64,000 bases of DNA from an uncultured Flavobacteriaceae bacterium (GCA_943789225.1 CALSTH010000003.1:103395-167394), one strand, 5' to 3'. Counted from the stretch's first letter, positions 39,198 to 48,588 are shown. Translations and numbers: made by a program. The notes: generated from the sequence alone by a model not told the origin.

Positions 39198-40739
39198 TTA
39201 AAGTTTCTGTAGTAGGGAGGTAAGAGAAACTTTATCTACAATCAACTTCTTTAAATGGTCCATCGCAATGCGTTCTTGTTGCATCGAATCCCGCTCTCTG
39301 AGAGTTACGGTTTGATCTTCCAAACTTTGGTGATCTACAGTGATGCAATAGGGAGTTCCTAGGGCATCTTGTCTTCGATAACGTCTTCCTACAGCATCTT
39401 TTTCATCGTATGCTGTTTCCAAATCCCACTTTAAATCATCCACAATTGTTCGGGCGAGTTCTGGCAATCCATCTTTTTTCACCAAAGGAAGCACCGCCAC
39501 TTTGGTAGGTGCCAAAGCAGGAGGGAGTTTAAGCACGGTGCGCTGAGTCGCGTCGTCCAAGGTTTCCTCGGTCAAAGCATTGGACAGCAGGGCTAAAAAC
39601 ATACGATCCAAACCGATAGACGTTTCTACTACATAGGGTACGTAGTTTTCATTGCGTTCGGGATCGAAATACTGGAGTTTTTTTCCTGTAAATTTTTCAT
39701 GACTCACAAGATCAAAATCGGTTCGGGAATGAATTCCTTCTAATTCTTTAAATCCAAAAGGAAAACGAAACTCGATATCCGCAGCAGCATCAGCATAGTG
39801 AGCCAATTTTTCATGGTCGTGAAAACGGTAGTTATCTTCTCCCATGCCCAAGGCCAAATGCCATTTTAGTCTTTTTTCTTTCCACTGTTCGTACCATTCT
39901 TTTTGAGTTCCTGGTGGGATAAAAAACTGCATTTCCATTTGTTCAAATTCACGCATTCTAAAGATAAATTGGCGTGCTACAATTTCATTTCGAAAGGCTT
40001 TTCCCGTTTGAGCAATCCCAAAGGGAAGTTTCATTCGACCTGTTTTTTGAACATTTAAAAAGTTGACAAAAATTCCCTGTGCGGTTTCGGGCCGGAGGTA
40101 CAAATCCATCGCAGACTCTGCGGAAGCGCCAAGTTTGGTGCCAAACATGAGGTTAAATTGTTTGACCTCAGTCCAATCTCGAGACCCTGACTCAGGACAA
40201 GAAATTTCCAATTCTTCGATCAATGCTTTTACATCGGCCAGGTCTTCCTTTTCTAAGGATTTTCCCAAACGTTTAAGAATAGACGCTGCCTTTTCTTGAT
40301 AGCCTACTACTCTCGGGTTGGTCGTTTTAAATTGGGCTTCGTCAAAAGCAGCCCCAAAACGCTTGGCGGCTTTGGCAACTTCTTTTTCGATTTTAGCTTC
40401 AATTTTAGCCACATAGTCTTCTACCAAAACGTCGGCACGGTAACGCTTTTTGGAAACCTTATTGTCAATCAATGGATCGTTGAACGCATCGACGTGTCCA
40501 GAAGCTTTCCAAGTAGTAGGATGCATGAAGATGGCTGCATCTATTCCAACAATATTTTCGTGCAATTGAACCATTGCCTTCCACCAGTACTCACGGATGT
40601 TCTTTTTTAAAGCGGCTCCATTTTGACCGTAATCATAAACCGCACTTAAACCGTCATAAATTTCGCTGGAAGGAAATACAAAACCATACTCTTTGGCATG
40701 GGAAATAACTTTCTTGAATTGATCTGCTTGTTGTACCAT
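39198..40739 (-). CDS. glyQS: glycine-tRNA ligase (homodimeric class II type)
   Basis: 513 aa, class II motifs (FRNEI..RQFIFRMREFEQMEMQFF, SIGLDRM), anticodon-binding C-terminus. Confidence 0.92.
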   Translation of the reverse strand: MVQQADQFKKVISHAKEYGFVFPSSEIYDGLSAVYDYGQNGAALKKNIREYWWKAMVQLHENIVGIDAAIFMHPTTWKASGHVDAFNDPLIDNKVSKKRYRADVLVEDYVAKIEAKIEKEVAKAAKRFGAAFDEAQFKTTNPRVVGYQEKAASILKRLGKSLEKEDLADVKALIEELEISCPESGSRDWTEVKQFNLMFGTKLGASAESAMDLYLRPETAQGIFVNFLNVQKTGRMKLPFGIAQTGKAFRNEIVARQFIFRMREFEQMEMQFFIPPGTQKEWYEQWKEKRLKWHLALGMGEDNYRFHDHEKLAHYADAAADIEFRFPFGFKELEGIHSRTDFDLVSHEKFTGKKLQYFDPERNENYVPYVVETSIGLDRMFLALLSNALTEETLDDATQRTVLKLPPALAPTKVAVLPLVKKDGLPELARTIVDDLKWDLETAYDEKDAVGRRYRRQDALGTPYCITVDHQSLEDQTVTLRERDSMQQERIAMDHLKKLIVDKVSLTSLLQKL

Positions 40740-40803
40740 GGCGCAAAAATAATTCTTTTTGTTCTTTTAAATGCTGCTCTGAATGGGAATTGTATCAAAG
40801 AAC

Positions 40804-41622
40804 TTACAGGGACAAAATCAAGACTTTTACAATTCGAATCAGCTTTTTTTCTGCGGTCTTTGCAGCAGCCATAATATCCTTGATGTCGATAGGTTGTAAA
40901 TCATCAGGATCACACAGATCGGTGAGTACAGAAAACGCGACTACTTCCATAGCTAGCTGGTTGGCAACAATCACCTCCGGAACGGTGGACATGCCCACAG
41001 CATCGGTACCGATCAATTTTAAAAACCGATATTCAGCTCGGGTTTCCAACTGAGGCCCCAGTACAGCAGTATACACCCCACGGTAAAGTTCCTCTTCTAA
41101 TTCTTCTGCAATTTGGACTGCTTTGTCATTGAGTCTTTTGGAATAGGGTTCGATCATGTCCACAAAACGGTTTCCCAAAACTTCTGTCCCTTTTTCTGCC
41201 AAGGGGGAACCTCCTTGCATATTGATATGATCTTCAATCAACATCAAGCCTCCTTTTTTAAAAGATAAATTTAACGCCCCTGCCGCATTACTCAACACTA
41301 CCGTTTTTACTCCCAAGGCGTTCATTAATCGGATGGGGTAGGTAATTTCGAAATACGTTAAGCCCTCATAGGCGTGAAACCTCCCCTGAAACATCAATAC
41401 CGGTTTCCCTTGGAAAAGTCCGTAAAGCAACCGTCCTTTCTGGTATTCAATGGTGACTTTCGGAAAATGAGGAATCTCACTGTAGGGTATTTCAATTTTT
41501 AAATCCAACTCCTCGGCAAGTATCCCCAAACCTGTACCCAATACAATTCCTACCGCTGTATTAGGAATTCCTTTCGCTGCAAGAAATTGACTGCTTTCTT
41601 CTATTTGTTGTTGAAAATTCAT
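40804..41622 (-). CDS. purine nucleoside phosphorylase, trimeric PNP/MTAP family, with Asp at the base-specificity position
   Basis: GRFHAYEG, SNAAGALN, GPQLETRAE and AVGMSTVPEVIVA motifs. SVLTD where human PNP has SLITN243. Confidence 0.88.
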   Translation of the reverse strand: MNFQQQIEESSQFLAAKGIPNTAVGIVLGTGLGILAEELDLKIEIPYSEIPHFPKVTIEYQKGRLLYGLFQGKPVLMFQGRFHAYEGLTYFEITYPIRLMNALGVKTVVLSNAAGALNLSFKKGGLMLIEDHINMQGGSPLAEKGTEVLGNRFVDMIEPYSKRLNDKAVQIAEELEEELYRGVYTAVLGPQLETRAEYRFLKLIGTDAVGMSTVPEVIVANQLAMEVVAFSVLTDLCDPDDLQPIDIKDIMAAAKTAEKKLIRIVKVLILSL

Positions 41623-41648
41623 CGGCTAATTCTAGTTAACACCCTTTA

Positions 41649-42707
41649 TTAAGCAATACTCCCTTGACAACTACTCCCTGCCCCTGCGGTACATCCAAAA
41701 CAATGTTGGGAGATTTGAATCTTTCTTTTTTGGAGTACTTCGCTGTTAAATTGGCTTATGTGCGGATGATCAGTTGCCACTTTTAAATCCAACATTTGAT
41801 TGAAATCACAGTCAAATAAATAACCTTCCCAACTCACCGAAAGGGTATTGGTACACATCACGTTTTCGGCGGCAACGGGATTGAAAGCTTCGACAAGAGC
41901 AGTCATGTATTCTTCAAAGTTTTCCGAAGCGATCAGGTAATCTAAAAACCGGCTGATGGGTAAATTGGCAAGTGCAAAAAGCTGATTGAACTCAATTCCA
42001 AAATCGTCAAAAAGTGCTTTTTTAAAGTCGTTTTCGAGCGCTTGTTGATCTCCTGGTAGAAAAGCTCCAGAGGGGTTATAAACCAGGTCTAAAATCAATT
42101 TGGAATTGGGTTTTCCAAAACCAGCGGCATTGAGTTTTTGAAGTGCTTTGATGGAGGTGTCAAAAACCCCCGAACCTCTTTGGCGGTCGGTTTTATTGCG
42201 TTTGTAAAAAGGTAATGAAGAAACTATATGCACTTGGTGTTTGGCAAAAAACTCAGGCAAGTCGTAGTATTTTTTGTTGGCCAAGATAATCGTGAGATTG
42301 GAACGTACTATAATTTCTTTGACCTGCGTTGTGGCTCTGATTTTCTCCACAAACCAGCGAAAATCAGGATGCATTTCGGGTGCTCCTCCTGTTAAATCTA
42401 ATGTTTCAATTCTTTCCGTTTGCATCACTGCAATGCATTCTTGCATGGTCTGACGTGACATCATTTCTTTTCTGTCGGGACCCGCATCCACATGACAATG
42501 GGCACACACTTGATTGCACATATACCCCATGTTGATTTGAAGTATTTGCAGCAGACTGGGCTTTATTTCTTCAATGTGGTGGGCTTGTAATTTTTGCTTG
42601 AAAGTAGGCAAGATCCCTGTTTTAAAAATGCTGTTGGACAAAACCTCCAATTGCTTTTCTGTTTTTGAGAGCGCGCTTTTTCTCGCCTTTAGTGATTTTG
42701 TAGCCAT
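41649..42707 (-). CDS. arsS: radical SAM/Cys-rich protein of the ArsS (arsenosugar biosynthesis) family
   Basis: CNQVCAHC radical-SAM cluster motif and C-terminal CFGCTAGAGSSCQG Cys-rich tail typical of the family (Cys, not Sec, version). Confidence 0.8.
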   Translation of the reverse strand: MATKSLKARKSALSKTEKQLEVLSNSIFKTGILPTFKQKLQAHHIEEIKPSLLQILQINMGYMCNQVCAHCHVDAGPDRKEMMSRQTMQECIAVMQTERIETLDLTGGAPEMHPDFRWFVEKIRATTQVKEIIVRSNLTIILANKKYYDLPEFFAKHQVHIVSSLPFYKRNKTDRQRGSGVFDTSIKALQKLNAAGFGKPNSKLILDLVYNPSGAFLPGDQQALENDFKKALFDDFGIEFNQLFALANLPISRFLDYLIASENFEEYMTALVEAFNPVAAENVMCTNTLSVSWEGYLFDCDFNQMLDLKVATDHPHISQFNSEVLQKRKIQISQHCFGCTAGAGSSCQGSIA

Positions 42708-43102
42708 TACATACTGAGTTGATCGTGACGATTCATCATTTGTACTCCGTGCACTAAAACAGCCCCTCCTTTGATTGCTGCTCCCACATGGACGGCTTCC
42801 ATCATCTCCTCTTTTTCAATCCCTCGTTGTAGTCCGTCTTTGGTGTAGGCATCGATGCAATATGGGCATTGGACAACATGCGCCACCGCCAAAGCAATCA
42901 GTGATTTCTCACGTGCTGAGAGCTCTCCTTCTTCAAATACTTTATTGTAGTATTCAAAAAACCGATCTCCCAACTCTTTATTCCATTGGGTGATGTCACC
43001 AAATTTTTTCAAGTCTTCGGGATTGTAATATTCTTTTTTCATCTGTTCCAATTTTTTTGGGTATTTGTCTAAAATAGAAATTTTTAGGGGTTGAATTTTC
43101 AA
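42707..43102 (-). CDS. AhpD/carboxymuconolactone-decarboxylase-like 'arsenosugar-associated peroxidase-like' protein
   Basis: 131 aa, VVQCPYCIDAY CxxC motif. Stop overlaps the arsS start by 1 nt. Confidence 0.75.
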   Translation of the reverse strand: MKIQPLKISILDKYPKKLEQMKKEYYNPEDLKKFGDITQWNKELGDRFFEYYNKVFEEGELSAREKSLIALAVAHVVQCPYCIDAYTKDGLQRGIEKEEMMEAVHVGAAIKGGAVLVHGVQMMNRHDQLSM

Positions 43103-43189
43103 TAATCTCTAAACTTTAACATTATCTCGTCATTTAAGGCTTTGAAATTCTAAAGGTTCTTTTTAATATTGATATCAGATGCCTCAATA

Positions 43190-43885
43190 ATGATTTCCCT
43201 AAAAACTTGGAATGCTTTCGTAGACTTGATATTCCCAAGAGTTTGTATAGGTTGTAAACGTCACTTGAACTTTTATGAGAAAATATTATGCATTGGTTGC
43301 CGTCTCGATTTACCCTAAACCCATTTTCAAAAAAACCGAAAAAACCCTTTATTTCAAAAGTTAAAATTGAATTTTCCATTAGAAAATGCCTCAGCGCTCT
43401 TCTACTTTGAAAAAGAGGGGAAAGTAGCCCAAATGATTCATCAATTTAAATATTTAGATCAGCGTCATTTGGGAGTTTACCTAGGTCACTGGCTGGGGGA
43501 CACCCTTTTGGAAAGTTCCAATCTAAAAAAAGTGGATGGCATCATTCCGGTTCCGCTTCATCCGTCAAAAAAGAGAAAAAGAGGGTACAACCAAGCAGCA
43601 ATAATAGCAGGGGCTTTATCGGAAAAACTGAAAGTTCCCCTTGTAAAGAAGACCTTAATTCGTGTAAAGCGAACACAATCTCTAGCACAGATTGGATATG
43701 ACGAGCGCTGGAGAGAAGTCGATCAAGCCTTTGAATTCAACAAGCCCCTCCCCAAAGAAATGAAGCATGTGCTTTTGTTCGATGACGTCATCACCACGGG
43801 AACAACCCTTACCGCTTGTGCCCGCGCACTTTTAAAAAAGAATCCCTTAAAATTGAGTATCGTTTCACTTGCCTGTAGGTTGTAA
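43190..43885 (+). pseudogene. comF: ComF-family phosphoribosyltransferase-like protein interrupted by in-frame TAA at 43316-43318
   Basis: ATG 43190 gives MISLKTWNAFVDLIFPRVCIGCKRHLNFYEKILCIGCRLDLP-TAA-THFQKNRKNPLFQKLKLNFPLENASALFYFEKEG..., in frame with track ORF 43367-43885. Double CxxC N-terminus plus PRTase motif LLFDDVITTGTTL. Confidence 0.75.
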
Positions 43886-43923
43886 GAGGAATATTGTGTT
43901 ATTTTGTTGGGAATTTAAAAAGC

Positions 43924-45600
43924 ATGACTCGACGCGCTCTTCTTTTTCTTTCCGCACTACTCCTTTTACTATTAGTACAGTGTGCTAAAAGAGCTTCTCC
44001 TACAGGAGGACCCAGAGACAGCATTCCACCAAGATTGATCAATGCTTCGCCTAAACTCAACACGACTTTTTTCGATAAGGAAGGGTTTACACTCACTTTT
44101 GATGAATACGTATCTTTAAAAGACGTGAGTAAACAACTTATCGTTTCCCCACCTTTAAACTCCACACAATACAAAGTATATCCAACTACAGGGGCTTCAA
44201 AAAAGATTTCTTTAGAATTGAAAGACAGCCTAATGGAAAACACGACCTACACGTTCAATTTTGGAGAAGCCATTGTCGATTTTAACGAATCCAATCCAAC
44301 CCCCTTTTTAACCTATACCCTTTCCACTGGGGCAACTATAGACTCCCTCTACATCAAAGGCAGGGTCAAAGATGCTTTTGAAAAAGATACGGAAACCTTT
44401 ATCTCGTTACAGCTCTACCCTGTGGACAGCATCTATAAAGATTCGACCATATATACCAACAAACCGCTCTATGTCACCAGCACATTGGACACTACGGTGT
44501 ATCGATTTCAAAATTTGAGAGCAGGAAAATACAACCTTATTGCGTTACAGGATCAAGCAGGAAATTATCTTTTCGACCAAAGTGTTGATAAAATTGGGTA
44601 TGTGGATCAGCTTATAGAACTTCCTCAAGACTCGATCATTGACCTACGTATTTTTAAAGAACGAACCAATTTTGCATGGGACGCCCCCTATTTTATAAAT
44701 GACCATCACGTTGTACTAGCCTATTACGGAGACTATCTAGACGAATCTTTTGAAATGATTAGTGAAGTTCCAGAAAGCTTTGAGTCTTTGGTGACTAAAA
44801 ACAGAGAGAAAGACAGTTTGGATTATTGGTTCCGAGGAGCTGCACTAGATTCGATAAAATTTAAATTGGAAATTCAAGATACCCTGAGAACCAAAACCGC
44901 TTTTTTAAAAGAACCCATCAAAGATTCATTGGTCATTACTCAATTTAAAAAGGGGAGCTTGAGACTCAAGGAGAAGTTTGAGTTGGCAAGCAATCTCCCG
45001 ATCACCGGAATCAATTCAGATCGCGTTTTAGTGACCAATGTGGATACCCTGCCTGTAGCTGCTTCACTGGAAATTCTCGAAAATTATGATCGCGTCAAAG
45101 TGGATTTCGAAGTCTTACCTAGCGATCGCTATGAGATCACCCTTTTACCCAACGCCTTAGAAGATTTTTGGGGACAAACTCATGATACTTTGGTTTTTAA
45201 AACCTCTACCAAAAAAATAGAAGACTATGGAAATATTTTTCTCCGAGTACAGCATGATTCTCCCCATCCTTATATTCTTGAGTTAATTAAAAGCGATAAA
45301 GTTGTTCGTCGCTACGACCGTCCTATCGCTGGAAATAACTATCGTTTTGAGTTGCTGGATGCTGGAAAATATACCGTTCGTCTCATCGAGGATGTTAATG
45401 CAAATAGACAATGGGACACTGGGAATTATCTCCAAAAAATACAACCTGAAAAGGTGATCTATTATTGGAAAGAAATTGATTTGAGAGCAAACTGGGACAT
45501 GAACGAAACCTTCAACACAAGTCAAAATTATCTCGATCTTCCAGAAAGCGCAACTGTTTCCGGTGTGCTTGCAGTTCCAGACAATCCAACTCAGCCGTAA
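43924..45600 (+). CDS. hypothetical lipoprotein with Ig-like beta-sandwich repeats
   Basis: ATG 43924, lipobox LLLVQC, about 558 aa of beta-rich sequence. The last 89 nt overlap the convergent nitrilase gene. Confidence 0.7.
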   Translation: MTRRALLFLSALLLLLLVQCAKRASPTGGPRDSIPPRLINASPKLNTTFFDKEGFTLTFDEYVSLKDVSKQLIVSPPLNSTQYKVYPTTGASKKISLELKDSLMENTTYTFNFGEAIVDFNESNPTPFLTYTLSTGATIDSLYIKGRVKDAFEKDTETFISLQLYPVDSIYKDSTIYTNKPLYVTSTLDTTVYRFQNLRAGKYNLIALQDQAGNYLFDQSVDKIGYVDQLIELPQDSIIDLRIFKERTNFAWDAPYFINDHHVVLAYYGDYLDESFEMISEVPESFESLVTKNREKDSLDYWFRGAALDSIKFKLEIQDTLRTKTAFLKEPIKDSLVITQFKKGSLRLKEKFELASNLPITGINSDRVLVTNVDTLPVAASLEILENYDRVKVDFEVLPSDRYEITLLPNALEDFWGQTHDTLVFKTSTKKIEDYGNIFLRVQHDSPHPYILELIKSDKVVRRYDRPIAGNNYRFELLDAGKYTVRLIEDVNANRQWDTGNYLQKIQPEKVIYYWKEIDLRANWDMNETFNTSQNYLDLPESATVSGVLAVPDNPTQP

Positions 45601-46291
45601 GGGCTTCTTCCTCTGAAGAAACCGTTCCAGAAACCAATTTGCCCAGAGGGTCGTAAATCGCAGTATGCCCGGGATACTCCAAGCCTTTTTCATCTGAACC
45701 TATACGATTGACTCCCGCCACAAAACACATATTCTCAATGGCACGCGCTTGAAGTAGCGTATCCCAAGCATTGATCCTTGGTGCGGGCCAATTGGCTACA
45801 AAAATCAAAAGATCATAATTTGTGGTATTTCGATTCCAAACGGGAAAACGCAAGTCATAACAAATCCGCAAACAGATCTTCCAACCTTTGTATTCAAACA
45901 AGCCGGAATTGGTTCCTGCCGAATACGCTTTATCCTCCCCTGCTAGAGTAAAGGTGTGTCGTTTGTCGTACAATGCTACAGGCCCCTTTGGACCTACCAT
46001 CACAAATCGATTGAAAAATTTTCCTTCTTCTTCAATCACCAAACTACCTCCCAAAAGAACGTCCCATTGGGCAGCCCAGGATTGCATCCACTGGATCGTA
46101 ATCCCGTTCATAGATTCTGATACCAAATGTGAATTCATAGTAAACCCTGTACTAAATAATTCTGGAAGCAAGACGATGTCTGCAGTTGGGTTCAATCGAT
46201 CGAAATGCCGATCGATATAGACTCTGTTTTTACCCGCATTTTCCCAAAAAAGAGGGATTTGCAGAGCAGTGACATTTAGTTTTGTTTTCAT
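45512..46291 (-). CDS. carbon-nitrogen hydrolase (nitrilase superfamily, YafV/omega-amidase-like)
   Basis: Catalytic triad context LPELF (Glu), Lys, and ICYDLRFP (Cys). I prefer ATG 46291 to the TTG at 46306. Confidence 0.85.
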   Translation of the reverse strand: MKTKLNVTALQIPLFWENAGKNRVYIDRHFDRLNPTADIVLLPELFSTGFTMNSHLVSESMNGITIQWMQSWAAQWDVLLGGSLVIEEEGKFFNRFVMVGPKGPVALYDKRHTFTLAGEDKAYSAGTNSGLFEYKGWKICLRICYDLRFPVWNRNTTNYDLLIFVANWPAPRINAWDTLLQARAIENMCFVAGVNRIGSDEKGLEYPGHTAIYDPLGKLVSGTVSSEEEALTAELDCLELQAHRKQLRFLEDRDNFDLC

Positions 46292-46372
46292 AGCTGGAGT
46301 TCGCAATAAAAAATAAGGTTTTACTTCATTATTTATTTATCTTTAAATGTAATCGAAAACCCTTTTGAACAC

Positions 46373-47527
46373 GTGAAAATAACGATAAAATTTACATTAC
46401 TCTTCTTACTGATAAGCGCGCTCGCCTTGGGACAAACCTATTTCCCGCCTGCTAATGGCACACCCTGGGAACAACGTACTCCAGAAGAATTCAAAATAAA
46501 AAGTACACGTTTGGGGGCTGCTATCACCTATGCCCAAGAAAATGAGTACAGCGGAGCCAAGGACTTGCGCATTGCAATCTATAAAGGTTTTGAACGCGAA
46601 CCCTATCATCAGATTTTAGGTCCTACCAAAAAGCGCGAAGGTCCCGCTGGAATAATTTTAAAAGACGGATATATCATTGCCTCTTGGGGAGACACCCAAA
46701 GGGTAGATATGACCTTTAGTGTTACAAAAAGTTACCTGTCCACCGTGGCGGGTCTGGCCGTAGATCGAGGTATGTTCAAACCTCAGGATCGAGTTGTAGA
46801 TTTGATTTGGGATACCACTTTTGACGGGGCTCACAACCAACAAATCCGTTGGGAACATTTGTTAAATCAGTCTTCGGATTGGTCTGGAACCCTTTGGGGA
46901 GGACACGACTGGGCAGACCGCCCCCCAAGTGAAGGAGGAATAGACGATTGGAAAAACAGAAGTTACCACACCCCCGGAACCCATTTTGAATACAATGATG
47001 TACGGGTGAATGTACTTGCCTATTCACTTCTAAATGTATGGCGGAAACCACTACCTCAGGTTTTAAAAGAAAATCTTATGGATTTCATAGGAGCCAGCCC
47101 TACTTGGCGGTGGCATGGATACAAAAACTCTTGGATAGAGTTGGATGGTAGTCGGATGCAATCTGTTTCAGGAGGTGGACACTCGGGGGGTGGGCTGTTC
47201 ATCAACACCAAAGATCACGCACGCTTTGGTCTCTTGTTTTTAAACCAAGGAAATTGGGAGGGAAAACAACTCCTCAGCAAACAATGGATTCAAGAGGCAA
47301 CGAAGTCTTCCCTGGCTCAAGTGAATTACGGTTATATGTGGTGGCTCAATAAAAAAGGAACTGATCGGTATTGGGAAGGAGTCCCTGAAAACGTGTTTTA
47401 TGCCGCAGGCTTTGGAGGAAATTTTATCATTATTCTCCCAGACCAAAACGTAGTCGTCGTCACCCGTTGGTTAGAACCTAGTCAAGTGGGAAGTTTTATG
47501 AAAAAAGTAATGGATGCTCTCCCCTAA
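46373..47527 (+). CDS. serine hydrolase (beta-lactamase family)
   Basis: Signal peptide, SxxK (FSVTKS), GTG start, 384 aa. Confidence 0.8.
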   Translation: MKITIKFTLLFLLISALALGQTYFPPANGTPWEQRTPEEFKIKSTRLGAAITYAQENEYSGAKDLRIAIYKGFEREPYHQILGPTKKREGPAGIILKDGYIIASWGDTQRVDMTFSVTKSYLSTVAGLAVDRGMFKPQDRVVDLIWDTTFDGAHNQQIRWEHLLNQSSDWSGTLWGGHDWADRPPSEGGIDDWKNRSYHTPGTHFEYNDVRVNVLAYSLLNVWRKPLPQVLKENLMDFIGASPTWRWHGYKNSWIELDGSRMQSVSGGGHSGGGLFINTKDHARFGLLFLNQGNWEGKQLLSKQWIQEATKSSLAQVNYGYMWWLNKKGTDRYWEGVPENVFYAAGFGGNFIIILPDQNVVVVTRWLEPSQVGSFMKKVMDALP

Positions 47528-48158
47528 AGCACTAGTTTTTGATATGGACGGGACCTTGGTCGATAATATGTCGTATCACAAAAAGTCCTGGATCGATCTC
47601 TTTGAATACCACAAGCTGGATTTAGACTACGAAACCTTTGACCGCAAGTATCACAAAGGCTCGCTGGTGGAAATCATGGCACGGTTGTTTCCTCATATTT
47701 CCGATGAGGAAGAACTTTTTCGCATGGGGAGTTATAAGGAAGCTCTGTATCGAGATCTCTACCGACCCCATGTAAAAGCTCTTGGAGGATTGCTTCCCTT
47801 TTTAAAAAAAATCCAAGCCCAAAATTTACCAATGGGAATTGCTACGATGGGGGATCAGCACAACATTGATTTTATTTTTAAAGCCTTGGATCTGGATTCC
47901 TTTTTCCATTCTACTACGGGGGGACATCAAGTAAAACATGGGAAACCCCATCCCGAGATTTTTCTCACTGCCGCCCAAAAATTAGGAATTCCCCCAAAAG
48001 ACTGTTTGGCCTTTGAAGACAGCCGCTCGGGAGTCACTGCTGCAAAAGCTGCTGGGATGCAGGTCATAGGGATCCGTACGATGCTTGATAAAAAAACACT
48101 TTTAGAGTTGGGATGTATTCAGGTCATCGAAAATTACAGTTCTTTGAGCCTGCCCTAA
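47514..48158 (+). CDS. HAD-superfamily hydrolase (beta-phosphoglucomutase-like subfamily IA)
   Basis: FDMDGTLVDN motif I, GIATMG, KPHPEIF, FEDSRSGVTAAKAAG. Confidence 0.85.
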   Translation: MLSPKALVFDMDGTLVDNMSYHKKSWIDLFEYHKLDLDYETFDRKYHKGSLVEIMARLFPHISDEEELFRMGSYKEALYRDLYRPHVKALGGLLPFLKKIQAQNLPMGIATMGDQHNIDFIFKALDLDSFFHSTTGGHQVKHGKPHPEIFLTAAQKLGIPPKDCLAFEDSRSGVTAAKAAGMQVIGIRTMLDKKTLLELGCIQVIENYSSLSLP

Positions 48159-48210
48159 GTAAAAGTTTTTATTTTTAGCTACTTTTAAATTCCCTTATTG
48201 ATCTACTACC

Positions 48211-48551
48211 ATGAAAAACCTAAGCTTTAACAATAAAAAATTTGTACTCGTACAAAACTCCAAAACAGGAAAAGTAAATTCTGAAACCTTGTTTTTCTAC
48301 AAACAAGAGCGAGATTTAGTAACTGCTGATTATCAAGGAGGAACCGTATGGTATGGTAAAATCATTGCGCTCTTAGAAAATGACAAACTAGATATGCTGT
48401 ATCAATGTGTAACTGATGAGGGGCAACTCAAAGCAGGAAAAGCGCTAGCAACAGTGTCTTTTACCGAAAGTCAAAAGATTAGATAAAATTGAATTGGGAG
48501 TGGATCACTGGTGAAATTTCAAGAGGTAATTCTGAATATATTGAAATTTAA
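48211..48551 (+). pseudogene. small conserved hypothetical protein (about 112 aa) with a 1-nt frameshift near 48483
   Basis: Track ORF ends ...TESQKIR-TAA at 48486. The -1 frame continues from 48483 with IKLNWEWITGEISRGNSEYIEI-TAA (48549-48551), the expected C-terminal WxW..G...G.S tail of homologues as I remember them. Confidence 0.55.
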
Positions 48552-48588
48552 AATCGAAAAATAAATCACTATTTCTAATTCTAAATGA

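Noticed and set aside
41649-43102. Selenocysteine (in-frame TGA) versions of the ArsS tail or the peroxidase-like CxxC motif, which occur in some members of these families.
   Set aside because: Both ORFs are uninterrupted and have Cys at the relevant positions (GAGSSCQG and CPYC). There is no in-frame TGA.
43134-43379. 81-aa minus-strand ORF in the track.
   Set aside because: It lies antisense to the comF N-terminal coding region (43190-43366), which has clear family motifs. It is a shadow ORF.
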